Shown here piece after piece: positions 9,238 through 18,655 of a DNA stretch of 64,000 nt. Position 1 is the first letter of the stretch. Each line of letters opens with the position of its first letter. The stretch is from an uncultured Ruminococcus sp. (GTDB lineage: Bacteria > Bacillota > Clostridia > Oscillospirales > CAG-272): the NCBI GenBank assembly GCA_964621755.1, contig CAZUPI010000003.1, positions 10,006 through 74,005 of the forward strand, in the 5' to 3' direction. The notes below the pieces were generated by a model. It was not told the DNA's origin, did no database searches, and worked only from the letters and a program-made list of their open reading frames with translations. Both the position numbers and the translations under genes were made by a program.

Positions 9238-10341
9238 ATGAAAGTTGTATTACAGAATCTAACAAAAAAATTCCCGAGCCGCAGCAAAAAGACGCATGAA
9301 GAAGTTGTTGCGGTCAATGATTTCACTTTCGAAATTCCCGACGGCAAGTTAATCGGCTTACTCGGGCCTTCCGGATGCGGGAAAAGCACAACGCTTAACT
9401 TGATATGCGGCCTTCAGAAGCCGACCAGCGGCAAGATTTTCTTCGGTGACGATGACGTCACTGAGCTGCCTCCGGAAAACAGAGGCGTCGGGCTGGTGTT
9501 CCAGAATTATGCTCTTTATCCTCATCTGACCGTCAAGCAGAATATCCTGTTCCCGCTTCAGAACCTGAGGGGTGCGGACAAGCTGCCGAAGTCCGAAATG
9601 CTCAAGAAAGCATACGATATTGCCAAGCTCGTTCAGATTGACGAATTGATGGACCGTAAGCCAAGTGAGCTTTCCGGCGGTCAGCAGCAGCGTGTGGCTA
9701 TTGCCCGTGCTCTGGTGAAGATGCCCCGTGTGCTTCTGCTGGACGAGCCCCTTTCCAATCTTGACGCTCGCTTGAGATTACAGACAAGAGAGGAAATCAG
9801 GAGAATCCAAAGAGAGACGCAGATTACCACCGTCTTCGTGACCCACGACCAAGATGAAGCGATGAGCATTTCCGATATGATTGTCGTGATGAAGTCCGGT
9901 ATCGTCCAGCAGATTGGCAAGCCGCAGGATGTCTACGACAGCCCGGTCAACCTGTTCGTTGCAAAGTTTCTTGGGACGCCCCCTATCAACGTCTTTACCG
10001 GGGAGGTCAGGGACAACAAATTGTACATAGGAGCCGACGGCTTTCTTGACGTCAAGGGTGTTTCCAATCAGGAGGTGTATGTGGGCATCCGGCCGGAAGG
10101 CTTTATCCTACGGGAGGATGGTCCGCTCTGCTGCACGCTCAGCGCTGTAGAGGTCATGGGCCGGGACAGCAGTATCGTCTCTACCCACGAATTTTCTATA
10201 GGTCCAACGATACGCTCCATTATCAGTGCGGAGAATATCGTAAATCTCGGGTCCCAGACAGTTCGTTTTGCCGTCAAACCGAACAAGGTCTTTATTTTCA
10301 ATAAGGAAACCGAAGAACGAGTTTACTTCGACGTGAATTGA
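9238..10341 (+). CDS. CUT1/MalK-type ABC ATP-binding protein
   Basis: GPSGCGKS, FQNYALYPH, LSGGQQQR, LLDEPLSNLD; start MKVVL at 9238. Confidence 0.93.
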   Translation: MKVVLQNLTKKFPSRSKKTHEEVVAVNDFTFEIPDGKLIGLLGPSGCGKSTTLNLICGLQKPTSGKIFFGDDDVTELPPENRGVGLVFQNYALYPHLTVKQNILFPLQNLRGADKLPKSEMLKKAYDIAKLVQIDELMDRKPSELSGGQQQRVAIARALVKMPRVLLLDEPLSNLDARLRLQTREEIRRIQRETQITTVFVTHDQDEAMSISDMIVVMKSGIVQQIGKPQDVYDSPVNLFVAKFLGTPPINVFTGEVRDNKLYIGADGFLDVKGVSNQEVYVGIRPEGFILREDGPLCCTLSAVEVMGRDSSIVSTHEFSIGPTIRSIISAENIVNLGSQTVRFAVKPNKVFIFNKETEERVYFDVN

Positions 10342-10358
10342 GAGGGCGGGAGGAGAAA

Positions 10359-11249
10359 ATGGATAACAGAAATATAAAAGGCTGGCTGTATCTTTTACCA
10401 GCGGTTCTTTTTCTGGGTCTTTTCATGGTATATCCTTTGGTTGACGTTTTTGTGTATTCCTTTGAGGAAGGGTATAACTCCGCATCCCAGACTTTTTTCG
10501 GCGTCGGACCATATAACTATTCCTACGTGCTGCATGACCCTTACTTCCTGCAAGCGGTAAAAAATACTTTTATATTGGTCATTATCACCGTACCGCTCTC
10601 TACGGGCATTGCTTTGCTGATTTCCGTCGGGCTGAATTCGATTAAACCTCTCAGAAATCTGTACCAGACGGTTTACTTCCTGCCGTATGTGACCAATACG
10701 CTGGCTGTCGGCTTAGTCTTCATGATTCTGTTCAAAAAGACAGCGTACAGCGATGGTCTTGTGAATCTGCTCATCAACTGGTTCGGCGGAAATTCGGTCG
10801 ATTTTATCGACGGACCGTATTGGGCAAAAATGTTCGTTTTGTGCTTCTATACCATATGGGTCGTCATGCCGTTTAAAATTTTAATTCTGACAAGCGCTTT
10901 GTCATCCGTCAAGCAGGATTATTACAACGCCGCAAAGATTGACGGAACATCGAGATTCAGAATATTCACAAAAATTACGCTGCCCATGATTTCCCCGATG
11001 ATTTTCTATTTGGTTATCACGGGCTTTATCGGCGCTTTCAAGGCATACAGCGATGCAGTTGCCTTATTCGGTACCGATTTGAACGCGGCGGGAATGAATA
11101 CGATTGTCGGCTATGTTTACGATATGCTGTACGGCGACAGCGGCGGCTATCCGTCTTATGCCTCGGCTGCCGCGATACTGTTGTTTGCCATTGTCCTGAC
11201 TATAACGTGTATCAACTTATTGCTCAGCAAGAAACATGTTCATTATTAA
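10359..11249 (+). CDS. CUT1 ABC permease (MalF/UgpA-like)
   Basis: TM segments, YNAAKIDG EAA loop, ITLPMISP; AGGAG RBS. Confidence 0.92.
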   Translation: MDNRNIKGWLYLLPAVLFLGLFMVYPLVDVFVYSFEEGYNSASQTFFGVGPYNYSYVLHDPYFLQAVKNTFILVIITVPLSTGIALLISVGLNSIKPLRNLYQTVYFLPYVTNTLAVGLVFMILFKKTAYSDGLVNLLINWFGGNSVDFIDGPYWAKMFVLCFYTIWVVMPFKILILTSALSSVKQDYYNAAKIDGTSRFRIFTKITLPMISPMIFYLVITGFIGAFKAYSDAVALFGTDLNAAGMNTIVGYVYDMLYGDSGGYPSYASAAAILLFAIVLTITCINLLLSKKHVHY

Positions 11250-11265
11250 AGAGGATAAAAGAATT

Positions 11266-12141
11266 ATGGGGAAGCAAGTTAATTTTGAGAAAATCGAAAA
11301 GTCTGCCAAAGCCCGGAAAACGGTCATCAACATAATCACCTATGCACTGCTGACCTTTTGGGCAGTTATGGTGTTGTTTCCTTTTTATTGGATGGTTCTG
11401 ACGTCCGTAAAAAGCTATAGCGGATACAACTCGGAATATATTCCGAAATTTTTTACCCTGTCGCCAACTTTGCAGAATTACGCGGACGCGTTTACCGCAG
11501 TACCGCTCGCAAAATATTTTTTGAATACCCTTATCTTTACCGTTGCAACCACAGCCATTATGCTGGCGGTGATTATCCCCGCTGCCTTTGCCTTCGCCAG
11601 ACTTAATTTCAGAGGGAAAAATATTGCGTTTACCTTTTTTCTCTCACTGATGATGATACCGAACGAGCTGGTGATTATCACAAACTATACGACCATTACC
11701 AATTTGGATATGCGCAATACGTTTGCGGGGCTGATTCTTCCGTCTGTCATGTCTGTTTTCTACATTTATTTACTAAAAGAGAATTTCGCGCAGATACCGG
11801 ACGAGCTGTATTATGCGGCCAAGGTCGACGGAACGTCCGATATGAAATATCTGCTGAAGGTCATGCTGCCTATCTGCAAACCCACGCTTGTGACAATCAC
11901 GATATTGAAGGTCATCGAGTGTTGGAATTCTTACGTATGGCCTCGGCTAATCACCGATGATGAAGCGTATTTTCTGGTCTCAAACGGCATTCAGGAAATC
12001 CGTGAAAACGGATTCGGCCGCGAAAATATTCCGGCGATGATGGCGGCGGTCGTGGTGATTTCCGTTCCTTTGGTCGTCCTGTTCCTGATATTCCGCAAAA
12101 AGGTAATGGCCGGTGTGGCAAGAGGAGGAACAAAAGGATGA
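11266..12141 (+). CDS. CUT1 ABC permease (MalG/UgpE-like)
   Basis: FPFYWMV, IPDELYYAAKVDG, WNSYVWP motifs. Confidence 0.92.
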   Translation: MGKQVNFEKIEKSAKARKTVINIITYALLTFWAVMVLFPFYWMVLTSVKSYSGYNSEYIPKFFTLSPTLQNYADAFTAVPLAKYFLNTLIFTVATTAIMLAVIIPAAFAFARLNFRGKNIAFTFFLSLMMIPNELVIITNYTTITNLDMRNTFAGLILPSVMSVFYIYLLKENFAQIPDELYYAAKVDGTSDMKYLLKVMLPICKPTLVTITILKVIECWNSYVWPRLITDDEAYFLVSNGIQEIRENGFGRENIPAMMAAVVVISVPLVVLFLIFRKKVMAGVARGGTKG

Positions 12142-13775
12142 GCAGAATATGGAAAAGAATATCGTCCTTCCTGCTGGTATTGGTTGTCATCAGCTCCTCG
12201 GCACTTACCGGATGTCACGGTTCAAAAGGACTGGACGCTTTTGAAATGCCGGAGGAGTTCGATCTGTCAAGAGAGTATGAAATTACCTTCTGGGCGAAAA
12301 ACGATACCAACAAGACGCAGACCCTCATCTACCAGAAAGCAATCGACGATTTTGAAGCGCTGTATCCGAATATCACCGTGAATCTGCGTCTGTATACGGA
12401 TTACAGCAAGATTTACAACGACGTTATCACGAATATTTCCACAGGAACGACCCCGAACGTCTGCATTACATATCCTGACCATATTGCGACGTATCTGACG
12501 GGTACGAATATTGTGGTCCCTCTGAATGAGCTGTTTGCCGACGCCCAATACGGTCTCGGCGGGAGCGAAGTCAGATTTGATTCCCCGACGCAGGAGGAAA
12601 TCATCCCGCAGTTTTTGGAGGAATGCAAATTCGGCGGCTATTATTATGCGCTTCCTTTCATGCGCTCGTCGGAAGCTTGTTATGTAAACAAAACGTATGT
12701 GGAGGCCTTGGGATACACTTTGCCGGACGTTCTTACATGGGATTTTATCTGGGAGGTTTCCGAGGCGGCAATGGCGCAGGATGATGAGGGCAATTTCCTG
12801 CTCAACGGTCAAAAAGTCATGCTGCCCTTTATTTATAAGTCTACCGACAACATGATGATTCAGATGCTCAGGCAAAAAGGCGCCGGATATTCCACCGACA
12901 GCGGGGAAATTCTGATTTTCAACGATACTACGAAGGAATTGCTGTATACGATTGCCGAGCACGCAAAAAACGGTGCTTTTTCCACTTTCAAAATTTCCAG
13001 CTATCCCGCCAACTTTCTGGACGCCGGTCAATGTGTGTTTGCAATAGATTCCACAGCCGGTGCGACTTGGATGGGAACGTATGCACCGCTTTCCGATATC
13101 AGCGCGGACAGTATTGTGGAATTTGAGACCGAAGTTATGATGATTCCTCAGTTTGATACGGAAAATCCACAGATGATATCCCAGGGTCCTTCTGTTTGTG
13201 TGTTCAATAAGGAAGACCCGCAGGAAGTCCTAGCGTCGTGGCTTTTTACCCAATACTTATTGACCAATGAAGTTCAGATCGCCTACTCAGAAACGGAAGG
13301 CTATGTTCCCGTCACAGCGAAGGCACAGAATTCAGCCGAATACCAGGATTATTTATCCAGATGCGGCGAGGACAATACCACGTATTACGACATCAAGATA
13401 AAAGCGGCGCAATTGCTGTTAGACAACGTCAATTATACGTTTGTGACGCCGGTATTCAACGGTTCGGCGTCGCTCCGCGACGCGGCTGGGCAGTTGATTG
13501 AAAACGTTACGAAATCCGTCAGAAGAAAAGAGGAGGTCAATGACGAGTACATTGAGAATCTTTATGATGACATCACATCTTTGTATCGTTTGAATCAAAT
13601 CGGAAGTCAGAGCGGCTTCATAGCCGGCGGCAAAGCCGATTTAGGGGAACTTCCGAAAACGTCGGTGATTTTGTTATCGGCATTAGCCGGCGCATGGATT
13701 TTGATTGCCTTGTATGTTGCGGCTGGAGCAATAAAAAATATAAAAAAGATAAAAAATAAATCTGAAAAATATTGA
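12138..13775 (+). CDS. CUT1 extracellular solute-binding lipoprotein with an extra C-terminal LPKTS-TM-basic tail
   Basis: Lipobox LTGC; FEALYPNITV, YYALPF, SWLFTQYL, GYVPV motifs; C-terminal hydrophobic helix followed by KNIKKIKNK. Confidence 0.88.
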   Translation: MSRIWKRISSFLLVLVVISSSALTGCHGSKGLDAFEMPEEFDLSREYEITFWAKNDTNKTQTLIYQKAIDDFEALYPNITVNLRLYTDYSKIYNDVITNISTGTTPNVCITYPDHIATYLTGTNIVVPLNELFADAQYGLGGSEVRFDSPTQEEIIPQFLEECKFGGYYYALPFMRSSEACYVNKTYVEALGYTLPDVLTWDFIWEVSEAAMAQDDEGNFLLNGQKVMLPFIYKSTDNMMIQMLRQKGAGYSTDSGEILIFNDTTKELLYTIAEHAKNGAFSTFKISSYPANFLDAGQCVFAIDSTAGATWMGTYAPLSDISADSIVEFETEVMMIPQFDTENPQMISQGPSVCVFNKEDPQEVLASWLFTQYLLTNEVQIAYSETEGYVPVTAKAQNSAEYQDYLSRCGEDNTTYYDIKIKAAQLLLDNVNYTFVTPVFNGSASLRDAAGQLIENVTKSVRRKEEVNDEYIENLYDDITSLYRLNQIGSQSGFIAGGKADLGELPKTSVILLSALAGAWILIALYVAAGAIKNIKKIKNKSEKY

Positions 13776-13799
13776 CTTATTTCCATTTTTATGTATAAT
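13772..13799 (+). promoter_or_regulatory. Sigma-A promoter TTGACT-16-TATAAT for the OB-fold lipoprotein
   Basis: Near-consensus hexamers upstream of the AAGGAG RBS. Confidence 0.55.
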
Positions 13800-13852
13800 A
13801 AGATTGGGTGTTAAAAATTAACTAAACCTAAAATTAAGGAGAATAAATAGAA

Positions 13853-14620
13853 ATGAAAAAGATTATAGCTTTATTTTTAACTCTTACGCTTGCATTGACT
13901 TTCCTTGCAAGCTGTTCTGAGTCCAGAAGCAACGAGACTGCCGGAAACGATGATGCTGCCGATGTGAAATCCGAAGGCGTTATGACCTATGCGGAATATA
14001 TAGCAGCAGATGTTGATACTGAGGTTGTAATTGAAACCTACGTTCAGGCAAAGCAGTCCTGGTGGGATAACACAGCTACTGTTTATACACAGGACAAGGA
14101 CGGCGCATATTTCTTATACAACATGACCTGCTCTGAAGAAGATTATGCAAAGCTGACTGCCGGAACAAAAATCAAAGTTACGGGCTACAAATCAGAATGG
14201 TCCGGTGAGGTTGAGATTATTGATGCAACCTTCGAATTTGAAGATGGCAGCTATGTTGCTCCGGCACTGGATGTTACATCGCTGCTCGGCACAGATGATC
14301 TGATTAAGCATATGAATGAATTTGTATCGTTCAAGGGCATGACGGTTGAAGCAGCCGGTCAGGATGAAAGCGGAAATGACGTAGCGTTCTTATACGGTTG
14401 GGACGGCTCCGGCGAAGACGGCGGCGACCTGTACTTCAATGTTTCGCTGAACGGCACAACATACACATTCACAGTTAGATCTTATCTGTGCGACAATACG
14501 ACAGATGTATACGCTGCAGTAAAAGCGCTGAACATTGGTGACACGATTGACCTCGAAGGCTTCCTGTATTGGTATGAAGGCGTTAACCCGCATATTACGT
14601 CTGTAACAGCGGCAAACTAA
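13853..14620 (+). CDS. Acidic lipoprotein with two predicted OB-fold repeats and no catalytic domain
   Basis: Lipobox LASC; TQDKDGAYFLY...L.AGTKIKVTG and L.IGDTIDLEG repeats resemble YhcR/ExeM-type OB folds. Confidence 0.7.
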   Translation: MKKIIALFLTLTLALTFLASCSESRSNETAGNDDAADVKSEGVMTYAEYIAADVDTEVVIETYVQAKQSWWDNTATVYTQDKDGAYFLYNMTCSEEDYAKLTAGTKIKVTGYKSEWSGEVEIIDATFEFEDGSYVAPALDVTSLLGTDDLIKHMNEFVSFKGMTVEAAGQDESGNDVAFLYGWDGSGEDGGDLYFNVSLNGTTYTFTVRSYLCDNTTDVYAAVKALNIGDTIDLEGFLYWYEGVNPHITSVTAAN

Positions 14621-14636
14621 CAAACAGTCATTTTGG

Positions 14637-14667
14637 GAATCACCTCGAAAGAGGTGGTTCTTTTTTT
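14637..14667 (+). terminator. Rho-independent terminator
   Basis: GAATCACCTC-GAAA-GAGGTGGTTC followed by T7. Confidence 0.85.
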
Positions 14668-14836
14668 CTCTGGAGGCTGCGTACAGGGAAGTATATGCCG
14701 TTTGCGTGCCAAAATGGTTGCGGCAGAAGGACTGACTTTCATGTGGAAATGAGGATGATGACATGCGACAAACGGTATGGAATTCTTGACATGATAAGTT
14801 AGGATTGATGTAATAAAAGTAGCGAATTTTATTTAT

Positions 14837-14930
14837 TAACGTGAGTTCGACGTGAAAATACTTTTTGAGATATTTTATAGCCTACCCCCTTTCAAAAAAC
14901 TTTTCCCCGAGAACCATCCAACTCACGTTT
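14837..14930. mobile_element. MITE-like element with ~15-bp TIRs
   Basis: TAACGTGAGTTCGAC ... ATCCAACTCACGTTT; interior carries a decayed CCCCTTTCAAAAAACTTTT module. Confidence 0.6.
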
Positions 14931-14937
14931 ATTTGCT

Positions 14938-14960
14938 GTGATAACATCAAATGTTATCAC
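14938..14960. promoter_or_regulatory. Perfect 10-bp inverted repeat, candidate operator of the ABC exporter pair
   Basis: GTGATAACAT-CAA-ATGTTATCAC, about 30 nt upstream of the start codon. Confidence 0.55.
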
Positions 14961-14990
14961 AAGCCCCGACTTTATCCTATGGAGGTTGCG

Positions 14991-16706
14991 ATGAAATTTA
15001 TCCTTCAGCGCATAAAGAAGCATTTGGGAATGTTTCTGATTGCAATTAGTTTTTTAACAATCGAAGCAATGGCTGATTTGCTGCAGCCCTCGTTGATGTC
15101 CAACATCGTCGATGAGGGAATCAAAAACCAGAATACACGTCTGATATGGACATACGGCGGTATGATGCTGGGCGTAGCCATGATTGGCGCGTTGGGCGCA
15201 GTCATGCGGAATATTTATGCGAGCCGTACCTCACAGCTGATTGGAAGGGAGCTGCACAGCGAGTTGTATCAAAAGGTGCAGACCCTTTCTTTTGAAAATA
15301 TAGACCGCTTGCGGCCGGCATCCCTGATTACCCGTATTACCAACGACGTAACGCAAATGCAGAATTTCATCAACGGCTGTATGCGAATCATGGTCAAAGC
15401 GCCGATTACATGTGTCGGGGCAATTATATTAATCATTGTGCAAACACCGGAGCTGCTGCCTATTATGGCGGTCATTGTAGTCATTTCTTCCTGTCTGGTT
15501 CTTGGAAATATGAAGCTGGGACATCCCCGTTTTCAGCGGTTACAGCTTAAATTGGACCGCCTGAATGACGTAAGCCAAGAATTTCTGACCTCAATCCGAG
15601 TGGTAAAGGCCTTCGGCGGCGAGCAGCAGGAGAGTGAAAAATTCAGTCAGGCAGCGGATGATTTGGCATGGGCAGGAACTTCCGCTACGCGCGTAATGGC
15701 TATCTTTGGCCCGCTTATCAATCTGACCGTGAACTTGGGCATCGTTTTTTTGTTGGCGATTTCCGGTTATCAGGGCAGCATCCCCATCGGGAAAGTTATG
15801 GCTTCTGTCAACTATATGACACAGGTGCTCTTTGCGCTGGGCATGGTATCCAATATTCTGAATATGGCGGTGCGCGCCAGCGCGTCAGCGGGACGTGTGG
15901 AGGAGATTTTGCTGGAAGAACCTGCGCAGAAATCCCCTGAACATCCCATACAGGTCGATGTGCAGGGAAACATCCGTTTTTCCGACGTTTCCTTCTGTTA
16001 CGCGGAGGCGGCGCGTCCTTCTCTTACCCATATTTCGCTGGATATTCAAGCCGGTGAGACAATCGGCATTATCGGTGCTACCGGCTCCGGCAAAACGACA
16101 TTAGTCAATCTGGTGCCCCGCTTTTACGATGTTACCGAAGGCGCTTTGTTCGTTGATGGTGTGAATGTAAACGATATGGATGAAGCGGTGCTTCGCAATG
16201 TCATTGCAGTCGTTCCACAGAAGGCGCTCCTGTTCTCCGGAACGGTGGAATACAATCTGCGGTGGGGAAAGGACGACGCGACGGAGGAGGAAATCCGGCA
16301 GGCAGCAGAGGTCGCCTGTGCGGATACGTTTATCAAGCAGCTGACAGATGGGTACCAGACAGAGTTGGGACAAGCCGGCGTAAATCTGTCCGGCGGTCAA
16401 AAGCAGCGACTTTCCATTGCGCGGGCATTGATACGAAAACCCAAAATTTTGATTCTGGACGACTGTACCAGTGCACTGGATGCTTATACGGAGGCCAAAG
16501 TTTTAAATGGTCTGCGGAACCTTTCCGGGCAAATAACCGTACTTCTGATTAGCCAGCGGATTTCGACCGTGCGAAAGGCGGACCGGATTCTCTGTATGGA
16601 GGATGGGAAAGTGGTCGGCTATGGCAGTCATCAGGAGCTGATGGAAAACTGCAAACTGTATCAACAAATTTATCAATCTCAGATTGGAGGCGGAGAAAAT
16701 GGCTGA
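14991..16706 (+). CDS. Heterodimeric multidrug-type ABC exporter, subunit 1
   Basis: Fused TMD-NBD; SLITRITND, GATGSGKT, LSGGQKQR, degenerate LDDCTSALD/SQR; GGAGG RBS before 14991. Confidence 0.92.
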   Translation: MKFILQRIKKHLGMFLIAISFLTIEAMADLLQPSLMSNIVDEGIKNQNTRLIWTYGGMMLGVAMIGALGAVMRNIYASRTSQLIGRELHSELYQKVQTLSFENIDRLRPASLITRITNDVTQMQNFINGCMRIMVKAPITCVGAIILIIVQTPELLPIMAVIVVISSCLVLGNMKLGHPRFQRLQLKLDRLNDVSQEFLTSIRVVKAFGGEQQESEKFSQAADDLAWAGTSATRVMAIFGPLINLTVNLGIVFLLAISGYQGSIPIGKVMASVNYMTQVLFALGMVSNILNMAVRASASAGRVEEILLEEPAQKSPEHPIQVDVQGNIRFSDVSFCYAEAARPSLTHISLDIQAGETIGIIGATGSGKTTLVNLVPRFYDVTEGALFVDGVNVNDMDEAVLRNVIAVVPQKALLFSGTVEYNLRWGKDDATEEEIRQAAEVACADTFIKQLTDGYQTELGQAGVNLSGGQKQRLSIARALIRKPKILILDDCTSALDAYTEAKVLNGLRNLSGQITVLLISQRISTVRKADRILCMEDGKVVGYGSHQELMENCKLYQQIYQSQIGGGENG

Positions 16707-18492
16707 GAAACGTCAAGAAGCGCCTGCTTCGGGAATCGGCGCGCAAAGACTGCAGGCGGCGGTGAAGCCCAAAAATATGAAAGGGACGTTGAGCAGGCTT
16801 TGGAAACTGACCTCCGGACATGCACACGGTCTCGTATGGATTCTGCTGTTTTCTGCCCTGGCCTCCGTATCGGCGATTTTATCTCCCTATGTAATTGGTA
16901 AAGTGGTTGACCGGGTTGACACGGGAAATCCCTTTCTGTTCTTGCTGATTTTGCTCGCGGGAATCTATGCTTGCGATTGGCTTTCCAGATTCATGCAGCA
17001 GTTTTTGATGGCGAGCGTAGGCCAGCGCCTCGTATCACATATTCGCAAGGAACTCTTTGATAAGATGAAGCAGCTCCCGCTTGCATATTTCGATAAAAAC
17101 GCGCACGGGGATTTGATGAGCCGCTTAACCAATGACGTAGACAACATCAGTACCACGATTTCGGATTCGCTGACGCAGTTGATGATGCTCGGCTTTACTA
17201 TCATAGGGGTACTGAGCATCATGCTGTATCTGAACGTCGTGCTGACGCTGGTTTCTCTGGTTTCTGTCCTGTTGGTCTTTTTGTTGACGCGAATCATTAC
17301 AAGCCGTACGCGCAAGCTCTTCCGCCAGCAGCAGGAGTATTTGGGACGGATGAACGGCGAAATCGAGGAAGGCATTTCCGGTCTGACTATGGTCAAGGCT
17401 TACGGCCGGGAACAGGCGATGTTTGAGCGTTTTGAAAAAGAAAATGAAGGCTTATGCAAGGTTGGTACACAGGCCCTCATCTGGTCGGGTTATTTGATGC
17501 CGATTATGAACGTAATCAACAATTTAAGCTATCTGGCGGTCGCTACGGTGAGCGGTCTGATGGCTGCGGAGGGATTGGTTTCGCTCAGCATCGTATCCAG
17601 TTTTGTGCTGTACTGCCGCCAATTGAGCCGTCCTTTTCTGGATATTGCCAGCATCTACAATACATTCCAGACGGCGGTAGCGGGAGCAGAGCGCATTTTC
17701 GTGATTTTCGACGAAGCGCCGGAGCCTGCCGATACACCGGAATCGATATCCGTAGAAAAGTTTAAAGGCAGAATTCAATTTGACCATGTAAAGTTTGGAT
17801 ATGAGCCGGAGCGTCTCATTTTGAAGGATCTGAATCTGGACGTAGCGCCGGGCACAAAGGTCGCCATTGTAGGGGAAACCGGCGCCGGAAAGACGACGAT
17901 TATCAATCTGCTGCCGCGGTTCTATGATGTTACCGAAGGGCGGATACTGCTGGATGGCAGAGATTTAAGGGATTATCAGAGACGAAATCTCAGGAGCGCA
18001 TTTGGCATCGTGCTTCAGGACACGGCGCTATTCCACATGAGCGTTCTGGAAAATATCCGTTATGGGCATTCGGAAGCATCTAGAGAACAAGTGGAGGCGG
18101 CGGCAAAGGCGGCGGGAGCAGACAGCATGATTCGTCGTCTTCCGCATGGGTACGATACGATTTTAGGGGAAGGGGGCAGTGTCCTCAGCCAAGGCGAGCG
18201 TCAGCTTATTACTATTGCGAGAGCCATGCTGGCGGATGCGCCCATTCTTATCCTTGATGAAGCTACCAGTTCAGTAGATACCGTGACCGAGCAGAAAATC
18301 CGCCGTGCAATGCTGGCGATGACGGAGGGTCGAACCTCGTTCATTATTGCACACCGCCTTTCTACCATTCGCGATTCCGACGTGATTATCCTATTGGACC
18401 ACGGTAAAGTGATAGAGATGGGCAACCACGAAGAACTGATGGCGCTCAACGGTCAATATGCAGGCTTATACCGCACACAGACAGGCGTGTGA
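16699..18492 (+). CDS. Heterodimeric multidrug-type ABC exporter, subunit 2
   Basis: GDLMSRLTND, GETGAGKT, LSQGERQ, LDEATSSVD, IAHRLSTI. Confidence 0.92.
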   Translation: MAEKRQEAPASGIGAQRLQAAVKPKNMKGTLSRLWKLTSGHAHGLVWILLFSALASVSAILSPYVIGKVVDRVDTGNPFLFLLILLAGIYACDWLSRFMQQFLMASVGQRLVSHIRKELFDKMKQLPLAYFDKNAHGDLMSRLTNDVDNISTTISDSLTQLMMLGFTIIGVLSIMLYLNVVLTLVSLVSVLLVFLLTRIITSRTRKLFRQQQEYLGRMNGEIEEGISGLTMVKAYGREQAMFERFEKENEGLCKVGTQALIWSGYLMPIMNVINNLSYLAVATVSGLMAAEGLVSLSIVSSFVLYCRQLSRPFLDIASIYNTFQTAVAGAERIFVIFDEAPEPADTPESISVEKFKGRIQFDHVKFGYEPERLILKDLNLDVAPGTKVAIVGETGAGKTTIINLLPRFYDVTEGRILLDGRDLRDYQRRNLRSAFGIVLQDTALFHMSVLENIRYGHSEASREQVEAAAKAAGADSMIRRLPHGYDTILGEGGSVLSQGERQLITIARAMLADAPILILDEATSSVDTVTEQKIRRAMLAMTEGRTSFIIAHRLSTIRDSDVIILLDHGKVIEMGNHEELMALNGQYAGLYRTQTGV

Positions 18493-18515
18493 GCGCTGCA
18501 GGAGAATTTTGATGA

Positions 18516-18547
18516 AAAAAGGGTACTTTTTCAAAAGTACCCTTTTT
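18516..18547. terminator. Perfect hairpin between convergent genes (bidirectional terminator; member of the hairpin repeat family)
   Basis: AAAAAGGGTACTTTT-TC-AAAAGTACCCTTTTT. Confidence 0.75.
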
Positions 18548-18565
18548 AAAACTTTTAAAATATGA

Positions 18566-18644
18566 TAACGTGAGCTTAATAAGTTCTTGGGGGAAGCTTT
18601 TTGATATAAAGCATCTCTCCGTCAAACTCACGTTACTCACGTTA
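18566..18644. mobile_element. MITE-like element with a duplicated right end
   Basis: TAACGTGAGCTTAAT ... GTCAAACTCACGTTA followed by a second CTCACGTTA. Confidence 0.6.
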
Positions 18645-18655
18645 TAAAATCAAAA

